Below, one piece after another: positions 35,022 through 43,071 of a DNA stretch of 64,000 nucleotides. The notes below the pieces were generated by a model that was given only the letters and a program-made list of their open reading frames with translations, did no database searches and was not told the origin of the DNA. Position 1 is the first letter of the stretch. Every line of letters begins with the position of its first letter. Source of the stretch: Gammaproteobacteria bacterium (GTDB lineage: Bacteria; Pseudomonadota; Gammaproteobacteria; JABDGN01); NCBI GenBank assembly GCA_013285995.1, contig JABDGN010000002.1, positions 10,717 through 74,716 of the forward strand, given 5' to 3'. A program made the position numbers and the translations under genes.

Positions 35022-36341
35022 ATGACAAAAATAATAAAAACCATTACATATAAAAAAGTATGTTCTTCAATAGTTCTCCATAAAGCTTGGAACCAAATAT
35101 ATGAAAATGGATTGCGTTCTAATTCTAGAGAAACTCGATCAGAAATAAGCAGATTTAAAGAAGAAGAGCGTTCTAATATAGATAGAATTTACCGTCAATT
35201 ATTTAACAAAAAATTTGATTTTAAAAATAACAAAGGAATTATGGCTGGAAAGAAGAAAAAAAGACCTGTGGTACTAGCGCCTGTAGAAAGCCGTATTGTT
35301 CAAAGAGCTATTTTAGATGTGCTTCAATCCAATCCTGAAATAGAAAAATTTTTGCGATCTAAAGGTAGTTATGGCGCAATAAAAAGTTTTAAAGATATGA
35401 ATAAAGGGGTTCCAGCAGCTATATATGATCTTGTGAATGCAATTAACTCTGGCGCAACAACATATTATAAATCAGATATCAAATCATTTTTTACTCAGAT
35501 ATCTAGAGCAGAAGTTATTAAAAAAATATCTGCCACTATCACCGATCAGGATTTTTTAGACTTACTTGAAAAAGCAACAAATCTCGAAGTTAGTAATATC
35601 TCATTGTTACCAGAGAAAGAAAGAAAATTTTTTAAGTTTGATATGATAGGTACGCCGCAAGGCTGTTGCCTCTCACCTCTTTTAGGTAACATCTTACTAT
35701 ATGAATTTGACAATGAGTTAAATAGGAATGGTATTACATGTCTACGTTATTTAGATGATTTTATATTATTAGGAAAGGGTTGGAAAAATGTTAAAGCGGC
35801 CTTTGATAAAGCAATACAAATACTAGATTCTTCAGGATTAAGTGCTTATACACTTAATGATGACTCTACCAAGGCAAAATCCGGGAATATTACAGACAAA
35901 TTTGAATTTCTTGGTGTTGAATTTAAAGGTAATAACATCAGACCTAACAAAGATTCTAGGACTCGACTTTTAAAATCTATCGAGGAATTATTTAAAGATT
36001 GCGTTTCGCAGGATTATTCAAATAAAGCCACAAGAGAACAACAAGAGTCCTCGTTAGTTAATACCCTTTATACTATAAATAACAAACTTCTTGGCTGGGG
36101 AAACCAGTATTATTTTTGTAACGATGAAGCAATTTGGGGTTCGCTTGATGCAGAGGTCGATGAACTTCTAAAAAAATATTTAAGTAGATATAACGCTAAA
36201 AAAAATAAAGTTGATATCAAGCAGCGCAGACGAATGCTTGGTATGCATCTTATATCAGATAGCAAGAAATTACCTTTACTATTGAGTTCAAGTAAAAATG
36301 AAGAACCTCAAGTATCAGAAATTATTCAATGTGATACATAA
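35022..36341 (+). CDS. reverse transcriptase, group-II-intron-like/defence-associated type, no intron RNA
   Basis: RT motifs are present: KKKRPVVLAPVESRIVQRAILDVL, YYKSDIKSFF, GTPQGCCLSPLLGNILL, LRYLDDFILLG and FEFLGVEF. The thumb motif is LLGWGNQYYF. ATG 35022 is preferred over TTG 35013. Confidence 0.9.
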   Translation: MTKIIKTITYKKVCSSIVLHKAWNQIYENGLRSNSRETRSEISRFKEEERSNIDRIYRQLFNKKFDFKNNKGIMAGKKKKRPVVLAPVESRIVQRAILDVLQSNPEIEKFLRSKGSYGAIKSFKDMNKGVPAAIYDLVNAINSGATTYYKSDIKSFFTQISRAEVIKKISATITDQDFLDLLEKATNLEVSNISLLPEKERKFFKFDMIGTPQGCCLSPLLGNILLYEFDNELNRNGITCLRYLDDFILLGKGWKNVKAAFDKAIQILDSSGLSAYTLNDDSTKAKSGNITDKFEFLGVEFKGNNIRPNKDSRTRLLKSIEELFKDCVSQDYSNKATREQQESSLVNTLYTINNKLLGWGNQYYFCNDEAIWGSLDAEVDELLKKYLSRYNAKKNKVDIKQRRRMLGMHLISDSKKLPLLLSSSKNEEPQVSEIIQCDT

Positions 36342-36399
36342 ATTTACTTAAAATACTCTAGGCGGATTCTAATTAAGGTAAAATCAGCTAGGCAAACAT

Positions 36400-38100
36400 A
36401 TGAAAAGAACTTCAATTACCTCCTTTGCTAGCTCTTCACAAACACCAGCAGGTTACCAGGCACCGCCGCCGCACGACTCAACACCTGCTGATTGGGATCC
36501 ACGGGCAATAGATGAACGGGCAAGGCCATTCGTACCGCTTTCACCAAGACCTCAAAGTTCAACTCCTCGTTCCCAGCGTGGCATGGCACAAGCTCCGCCT
36601 TTAGTTACACAAGCAATTTATCCTTTGGCATCCTCTTTTATTCCAGCGCCCGCAACTGGTGAAAATACTTTCTCACCGTTTTTTGATTTTTCTCCATATC
36701 AATCTGCATCTTATCAAGGTTTTTCCAGCGATGCCGATACGTTTTCAGTACAACATGCCTCACCAACAAATCCATTTTCCTCAGGCTATCCTATGCCAGC
36801 GCCACGCCCTTTATATAGTGGTGTTTTGTCAACTATTGCTTATCTCAATATAAGTGGACATCAATTTGATAATGTCATGGCAAGGGAGGCTGAAGATAAT
36901 TTATCGATTGATAAACCATCGCAAGCTAAAGTAATAAAATTTCGCAAAGCAACGGGGATGATTATTTGTATTTATACTTACGGCGCGCAAACGACGATCA
37001 TCCCGATTGGGACAGGGATCTTGATAAGCAATAATCAAATTGTTACTGCTAAACATGTGATCGACGTTGCTGATGCGTTGACAAGCGATCCTGCATACGT
37101 ATTATATGTTGTGTTTGAATATATAGATAAAGAAAAGACAGCTAAATTGTTTCAAGCAGGAAAAATTGTTCAGCACCCCGATGAAGATATTGCAGTTGTA
37201 GCATTGTTTGGAGAGCCCGGTAAAGAACAAGGTTTTATACCTGTAGAATACGACGATCAATTAGGTGGAGAATATTGGGTTGTTCATCATGCAGGAGGAC
37301 TACCTGCGCAATTTTCCATAGGCAGGATTGCCGATCATGAGAAAAGTATGTCGTATCGCCCTGGGCATGTAAGAAGCACGATACCTCAGTTGCCTTATTT
37401 GCTTAAATTTAATTTAATTATTCATGCCGGGCCCCTCGCATCCGGGGCCGGAGTTGTGAATCATGCTGATTCTGCCTGTGTGGGAGTTCTTATTAGTCGC
37501 AGTACCAAATTAGGAGCTATTAGCAGGGAGATATTGCGTTTTTATGAGGTAAGCGATTGGCTGAAATGTTTATTAGGGCAGGCATCTATTATTCCTTTTA
37601 AAGCACAAAGATTAAAAATCGAGAATTTTATTGCTACAAGGATAAGCACGGATGCCCTCTATACTAATGCATTGGAGGGCCCGCAGCGAAAACTTGTGAT
37701 AGCTAATTATGGACTATTTACTCAACCCAGTTTTTTTCTGTCTCAAAAAAATATTGATGACACGGCTGAAGCTTTAGAGCATATTACATTTGCTGACTTA
37801 TGGAAATCGTCCTATCAAAATCCGATAGCTTTCTACCAATCAATTAGAATAGATGTACAAAATCCCACCGCTACCCACCAAAATATCCAGGTACAGTTAA
37901 ATGGTGCCAACCTACAAGGGAAGAAAACTACTTTTGCAACAATATTAATAGATTTTCGTTTTAATGACCCCCGGGTTAAACCGAATCAACAAGCTCACAT
38001 TGTCAATCAATTTAAAGCCGCCATTAGCCAAGGGCTTAATGAATTACGCTTGCAAGGTACTTGCAACATAAAGAAAATTGATTTAACGTGGGTATTATGA
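36400..38100 (+). CDS. trypsin-like serine protease domain protein with Pro-rich disordered N-terminus
   Basis: Putative triad contexts are IVTAKHVID (His), PDEDIAVVAL (Asp) and HAGPLASGAGVV (Ser). The first ~150 aa are P/S/Q/F/Y-rich low complexity. The C-terminal ~190 aa are unknown. Confidence 0.7.
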   Translation: MKRTSITSFASSSQTPAGYQAPPPHDSTPADWDPRAIDERARPFVPLSPRPQSSTPRSQRGMAQAPPLVTQAIYPLASSFIPAPATGENTFSPFFDFSPYQSASYQGFSSDADTFSVQHASPTNPFSSGYPMPAPRPLYSGVLSTIAYLNISGHQFDNVMAREAEDNLSIDKPSQAKVIKFRKATGMIICIYTYGAQTTIIPIGTGILISNNQIVTAKHVIDVADALTSDPAYVLYVVFEYIDKEKTAKLFQAGKIVQHPDEDIAVVALFGEPGKEQGFIPVEYDDQLGGEYWVVHHAGGLPAQFSIGRIADHEKSMSYRPGHVRSTIPQLPYLLKFNLIIHAGPLASGAGVVNHADSACVGVLISRSTKLGAISREILRFYEVSDWLKCLLGQASIIPFKAQRLKIENFIATRISTDALYTNALEGPQRKLVIANYGLFTQPSFFLSQKNIDDTAEALEHITFADLWKSSYQNPIAFYQSIRIDVQNPTATHQNIQVQLNGANLQGKKTTFATILIDFRFNDPRVKPNQQAHIVNQFKAAISQGLNELRLQGTCNIKKIDLTWVL

Positions 38101-38136
38101 GTTATTTTCTTATGCGCTGGGCTATGTCCAATAAAA

Positions 38137-38367
38137 TCATTCTATGTATAACTCTTCTAAGCTAAAATTAACTGTATTGAAATCCAAGTCTGGCACATCT
38201 TCTTTGCGAATTTCTCTGTATTTATTGAGCACACGCCGTAATATAAAGTGCAAAAATTCCGGCTTTTGTAAAGCGGTTTTAAACTTAGCTTGATATTCTT
38301 CTTGTCTGGCAAGAACATATAAAAAAATAGTAAGTGTATCCACAAAGCAATGAAACAAAAAATCCAC
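38137..38367 (-). CDS. hypothetical ORF or gene remnant (76 aa)
   Basis: An ORF only, competing with an overlapping ORF in another frame. No SD seen. Confidence 0.25.
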   Translation of the reverse strand: MDFLFHCFVDTLTIFLYVLARQEEYQAKFKTALQKPEFLHFILRRVLNKYREIRKEDVPDLDFNTVNFSLEELYIE

Positions 38368-38448
38368 AATTTTAAATCACTAAAGTTGATTTTTCTCAAG
38401 AAATAAATTCCTCCCTTTCAATACAATCCCCAGGTGGAGGTGGTTGCC

Positions 38449-38859
38449 ATGAAATTAAAATTTCTAATCGGCTTATTGTTAGCAAACATCGCGCTGTCAG
38501 GCATCGCAGCTGACAATGCAGCGCTCGTGCAAAATCGGACAGACTGCTTTTTAACAAGTAGTAATGTTCTCAAAAGTAATCCCGGCAAGGGTGTCACCAT
38601 AGTCACGTATAGCATGAGTAATCCCAAAGATTTACATACTATCAACGTTGATCAAATTATTCCTGTGCAGAGTTGGGGTACTGCGCCTCTTATTCAAAAT
38701 TCCAACAATGAAAATACCATTGTAATGAGTAAGAGTGGCGCAAAGGAAATATTTGTTGTTGCTTATGACAATGCATTTGAGTATATCGTGACCGATGTGC
38801 GCAACAATGACTGTTCACATCCCAATCATTGCTATACCATGTGGAATAAAGCGTGTTAG
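38449..38859 (+). CDS. secreted hypothetical protein
   Basis: ATG 38449 is preceded by a GGAGGTGG SD. Signal peptide MKLKFLIGLLLANIALSGIAA. Confidence 0.7.
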   Translation: MKLKFLIGLLLANIALSGIAADNAALVQNRTDCFLTSSNVLKSNPGKGVTIVTYSMSNPKDLHTINVDQIIPVQSWGTAPLIQNSNNENTIVMSKSGAKEIFVVAYDNAFEYIVTDVRNNDCSHPNHCYTMWNKAC

Positions 38860-38934
38860 TGCTTGACACGCTATAGTCTTTTGTAGCATGCTTGACAACG
38901 CGACACATTCGTTAAGTCATATAGGGAGATACCC

Positions 38935-39699
38935 ATGCAGAGCACTTCTTTTTCGTGCGCGTTCACCGTTTTAGTTCTTGTTATCACAGCTTTTTTTTCT
39001 TCAGCTTCTGCCGCACCTACCGGCTGGTATGTCGGCGGCGGTGTGGGTTGGTTGACTCACGTCAGTGGAAATGTGGGTAATACCACCCTAGCCAATAATG
39101 CCCCTGGCATGCAAGCCTATCCTGATTTACTGATTAATACTCAGATAAACGATACTGTCGCCACCAACGTTCAGGCTGGCTACCAATTCAGTGCGCCTTA
39201 TCGCTGGCTGTCTGCATATCGCGTGGGCATTTCGTATGAAAATACTACGCAGAGCAGAGTCAGCGGTAATATCGATCAGATGAGCGATCCTAGCCCAGCC
39301 GCTAAAACTGAAACCTTTGGTTTTAATGTCAATAATCAAGTGTTTTTAGTGACAGGCGAGGGCGATTTTTTCAATTGGCGTAACTTAAGCACTTTTTTGC
39401 ATTTAGGTTTGGGAGCCAGTGATAATTCTGCGGGTAGTTTTTCTACTTCAAGTCAACAAGATCTTCTTTATTATCCGAGCCATTCTAATGTAGCGTTTGC
39501 CTATGAAGTGGGGCCGGGTGTTGCTTATCAAATTATTCCGCATTTGAATGTAGATTTGACTGCACTCTACCAAGATTTTGGCAGTGCTACCTTAGGCAAT
39601 GGTTATCGCCAAAATATTCTTGTGACTACGCCGTTAAATGGTATTAGCGCAAATTATCAAAGTGTCGAAGTGCGTGCAGACGTCAACTATTTATTTTAG
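38935..39699 (+). CDS. outer-membrane beta-barrel protein
   Basis: Signal peptide ending SASA. WYVGGGVGW start, alternating-pattern strands and a C-terminal VNYLF with terminal Phe. Confidence 0.8.
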   Translation: MQSTSFSCAFTVLVLVITAFFSSASAAPTGWYVGGGVGWLTHVSGNVGNTTLANNAPGMQAYPDLLINTQINDTVATNVQAGYQFSAPYRWLSAYRVGISYENTTQSRVSGNIDQMSDPSPAAKTETFGFNVNNQVFLVTGEGDFFNWRNLSTFLHLGLGASDNSAGSFSTSSQQDLLYYPSHSNVAFAYEVGPGVAYQIIPHLNVDLTALYQDFGSATLGNGYRQNILVTTPLNGISANYQSVEVRADVNYLF

Positions 39700-39709
39700 A
39701 GGGATCGCC

Positions 39710-42700
39710 ATGATGAAAAAATTACTCATTATTTTATTGGGTTTCGCCAGCTTAGCATTGAGCGTGTTAGCCTGGGCTGATCCGATTACAGTCACTACGG
39801 TGACAACCTTGCCATCTACAGGCACAGGCTATGCGACGTATCCGCTGGCCTTTAAATTGCATCATAGTTATGGAGCGCCGCCATTCGTACTGAATTTCTA
39901 TCCGCCTACTTTAAATCCTGGTAGCGGTGCCACGGTATCAATGACTGCTCCAACCAGCAGCAATGATAGCGATACTTGTAAGGGACAAACCTTAACGACA
40001 GAACCCTGTACCTATACATTGCCGCTTGGTGCGGATGTTACTATCACCGGCACTTTTGCTGCCTCTGCAGCCGCAAAATACGATTTTAATCTGGCAGTGC
40101 CTTACAATGGCTATCAAGTTAATTTAAGGGCGCAAACGACTATTCCTGCCATCCCTGCACTGCTCATTGAAAGTTCTGGTTCAAGTGAATCTATTGTGGC
40201 TTATGTCAATGAGAGTCGCTTTGGGACAGGCAGCCTTACTGTGAAAAATATCGGTGGTATAACGTTAACTAATTTACAGCTGGCGCCTGTCACTGGATTA
40301 GTGATGACCGATCCAAATAGTTGTGCCGCAAGCTTAGCGCCTGGAGCCAGTTGTACTTTGACTTTAACCTACACGCCGGTTCCTGGTCAGTTACATCAGC
40401 AAGCAGGTGGGTTACAACCGGCTACGATCGCAATTAGCAGCGCTCAAGGCGCCAGTGATGCTATCGTGATTAACTTAACTGCCGCGGATACTCAGCAATT
40501 AATTTCAATCCCCGATAGTTTAAGCACTTATCATGGGTTGCCTTGGTTATATGGTGTTGTAGCAACGACTAAAGCCTTTACAGTGAAGGAACAGGGTCAG
40601 CAAGTGCTGTATGTTACCAGCGCATATAATGCAATTCTATCGCCCACAGCACTAAACTTATATCGCAGTACCGATGGCGGCGTGACTTGGAATCAAGCTG
40701 TAACAACGGGCTTAGAAAATTTTAGTGCTTTATTTATTAATGCACTGCAAATTGATAGCCATGGCACTTTGTATCTTGCAGGTGCAGGCTACACATTCTG
40801 GGCTGGCAGAGTTTACTCTGTCGTCGAGAAATTTGATGTAACAACCAATAGCTGGGACGATCTCACTTTTAATTTAAATGACGATAGTAGTGTGGTGACC
40901 AGCTTAGTCATTTCAGGAGACACTTTGTATGTAGCGGGCGTTGATCGCGTAGAAGGAGGCTCTTTTGTGCGTGAGCTCAACAACCAGGTTTGGAACGATG
41001 TCACAACTGCTTTACCACCGGGTGAAGAGCTTAGTTCAATGATTGAAGCGAATGGTCGTTTCTATATTGGTGGATACATTGCTGGTAATGGTAGATACCG
41101 TGCTGGTTCAGTACCTTTTGTAAAAACCTGGGCAAGCGGTGAAACAGGCTGGACTGATGTGGAAGATGGTAACGGCTTGCCGACTTCAGGAAGTATCAAC
41201 ACCTTGTTATATGCCAATTCAAAATTGTTTGCGGGAGGTATTGATTCCCACTCTGATTTACCGCTCGTGATGCAAGTTAATTTAAGCAACCCAACCGCTT
41301 GGGCGAGTGTAAATAATTTCCCCTCTCTTGAAAATGTAGCTGGTTCGGCAGTTAACACTTTAATGGATGTTGATGGCACTTTATATGCCGGTGGTGATCA
41401 GAGCGGTTATGACTTTGGTTTTGTACTAGAGACTCCAGATAATGGAGATGGAACCGCCCAGTGGACCGATCCCACGAATGGTTTTTTTACTAATGCTTAC
41501 TTAACGATGAATAGTCTTTTAGCAATAAATAATGGCACCTCTACTCCGGGTATTATGGCGGTAGGAGGAACGAAGAATGGTCAACAGGGTTACACCGTAC
41601 CCTTAGTTGATTTATTGACGAATGAAGGCGCTGGAGTCTATACCTGGGTACCGCAAGGCGCAGCAGACTTACCGGCTTTCAGTAAAATCACGCACGTTGT
41701 TACCGATAACGCAGGTAACCTCTATGCCGCAGGGGGATATTATAATATCAGCAATAGTTGGCAACCACTGGTCTTTAAATTACCCGCTGAACAAGCAGCT
41801 TGGCAGGATATGAACTCGGATACTCTATCAGCTCCGGTTAGTGTCAATCGACAAGTCGATGCGCTAAGCGTTTCGGCCGATGGCAGCCGTATTTTTGCTG
41901 GGGTCAATAATTACAGTGCTAACCCTCCTAGCTCTTCCACTGTAGAACCGGGCTATGTGAACCAATGGAATGGAACGAGTTGGAGTGCTGTCGATTCAGC
42001 TGATTTTTCTGGTTTAACTGTGATGGCTTTGGCAGATAGTGGCACAACAATTTATGCAGGTGGACAAAATCCTAATTCTTCTAGTCCTTCTTATGTGTAT
42101 GAGATAATGAATACAGATGCAGGTCCATGGATAGATATCAGTTCCTCCCTGCCGAGTACTGGTTCTCCTGGGATAGTAGATAGCTTAGCTTATGATAGCG
42201 GGAGTTTATATGCGGGAGGAGGGTATGGTCAGGCGGGTTCACACAATCCTCTATTACGATCTATCTATGTGTATAACTTTGTTTTTCGCTATCGCACTAC
42301 AGCTCACCCCTCCTTGTGGGAAACTATCACTCCGTTTCCTGGAGCTACCAACGGTGAATATTTTACTTTGATGATTAATTCATTAGGGTTATTTGCCGGT
42401 GGCGAAAGTGCTTCCAGTGCGCCATTATTTCAAGCTACCGCTAATCCTGCGTCTAATCTACCTTCTTGGAATAATCTGTGGAACGGGAGCAATATGAATG
42501 TTCCTACTCAAGGTTCGATTTTCACCTCAACGATGGTAACACATGGTTCAGATAGTCCCATGCTTGTCGCAGGAGGTAATAACAGCGCTGATAGCACACC
42601 GCTGTTGGCAGGCACAACGGATTATGCTGATTCGTCAGGCTGGATAACGACCATGGTCGAAGCTCCCACCGATTTTGGGTTTGCGACTCCACAATCTATT

Positions 42701-42826
42701 TCGGCCTTAAGCACCTTTAATGGTAAGTTATATGTAGCTTATGCCGATAATCCGGCTACTTTACTCACAATTCCCATTATGGTCGCAACACCAACGTTTG
42801 GAAGTAACAGTGTTCTCCGAAAATAA
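39710..42826 (+). CDS. large secreted beta-propeller repeat protein with N-terminal choice-of-anchor-D/ASH-like domain
   Basis: ATG 39710 is preceded by a GAGGGA SD. Signal peptide MMKKLLIILLGFASLALSVLAWA. CAASLAPGASCTLTLTYTP motif, one Asp-box YRSTDGGVTW, and many LYAGG/FAGG/YIGG blade-like repeats. Confidence 0.8.
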   Translation: MMKKLLIILLGFASLALSVLAWADPITVTTVTTLPSTGTGYATYPLAFKLHHSYGAPPFVLNFYPPTLNPGSGATVSMTAPTSSNDSDTCKGQTLTTEPCTYTLPLGADVTITGTFAASAAAKYDFNLAVPYNGYQVNLRAQTTIPAIPALLIESSGSSESIVAYVNESRFGTGSLTVKNIGGITLTNLQLAPVTGLVMTDPNSCAASLAPGASCTLTLTYTPVPGQLHQQAGGLQPATIAISSAQGASDAIVINLTAADTQQLISIPDSLSTYHGLPWLYGVVATTKAFTVKEQGQQVLYVTSAYNAILSPTALNLYRSTDGGVTWNQAVTTGLENFSALFINALQIDSHGTLYLAGAGYTFWAGRVYSVVEKFDVTTNSWDDLTFNLNDDSSVVTSLVISGDTLYVAGVDRVEGGSFVRELNNQVWNDVTTALPPGEELSSMIEANGRFYIGGYIAGNGRYRAGSVPFVKTWASGETGWTDVEDGNGLPTSGSINTLLYANSKLFAGGIDSHSDLPLVMQVNLSNPTAWASVNNFPSLENVAGSAVNTLMDVDGTLYAGGDQSGYDFGFVLETPDNGDGTAQWTDPTNGFFTNAYLTMNSLLAINNGTSTPGIMAVGGTKNGQQGYTVPLVDLLTNEGAGVYTWVPQGAADLPAFSKITHVVTDNAGNLYAAGGYYNISNSWQPLVFKLPAEQAAWQDMNSDTLSAPVSVNRQVDALSVSADGSRIFAGVNNYSANPPSSSTVEPGYVNQWNGTSWSAVDSADFSGLTVMALADSGTTIYAGGQNPNSSSPSYVYEIMNTDAGPWIDISSSLPSTGSPGIVDSLAYDSGSLYAGGGYGQAGSHNPLLRSIYVYNFVFRYRTTAHPSLWETITPFPGATNGEYFTLMINSLGLFAGGESASSAPLFQATANPASNLPSWNNLWNGSNMNVPTQGSIFTSTMVTHGSDSPMLVAGGNNSADSTPLLAGTTDYADSSGWITTMVEAPTDFGFATPQSISALSTFNGKLYVAYADNPATLLTIPIMVATPTFGSNSVLRK

Positions 42827-42836
42827 GCCATAAAAA

Positions 42837-42861
42837 AACTCCCCGTCATGGGGAGTTTTTT
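42837..42861. terminator. bidirectional rho-independent terminator between convergent genes
   Basis: The actcccc-gtcat-ggggagt stem is flanked by an A-run upstream and a T-run downstream. Confidence 0.75.
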
Positions 42862-43071
42862 TAAAATTCGCAGGCAAAAAAAAGTCGCTGCTAGGCTGGA
42901 TTCCTTCCACTTGCGCTCATTCCGAGAGCTCCCACAGCGACAGTTAAAAGTTTATACCATATTTTAAACATTGCAAGCTTTTTTGAGCATTTTCTTCCAA
43001 AAATTAGCTTTATTGGTTTTAAATAAAACTTAAGCGCACTCTTTTGTATTTTTTTGTAAAAATTTTATATT

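Noticed and set aside
34825-35044. Track ORFs 34825..35019 (+) and 34847..35044 (-) as ordinary protein-coding genes.
   Set aside because: They are mutually antisense, lack an SD, sit exactly in the promoter-to-RT leader, and are GC-enriched like structured RNA. They are treated as ncRNA. Their openness is discussed only as a speculative concatemer feature.
34860-36341. Classical retron (msr-msd plus RT).
   Set aside because: Not excluded, but not supported. I could find only a weak 7-bp candidate a1/a2 pairing (tctcttg with cgagaga) that does not span the whole leader. The RT also has a group-II-like thumb rather than the features I associate with retron RTs. It is left as an open alternative.
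34741-36399. A mobile group II intron around the RT.
   Set aside because: Flanking non-coding DNA (about 280 nt 5', 58 nt 3') is far too short for ribozyme domains I-VI. I see no domain V-like GC hairpin downstream. There is no En/HNH or obvious D domain.
39638-39709. An upstream extension of the large secreted protein, starting at 39638.
   Set aside because: It overlaps the end of the OMP gene. The ATG at 39710 has a GAGGGA SD and starts a textbook signal peptide.
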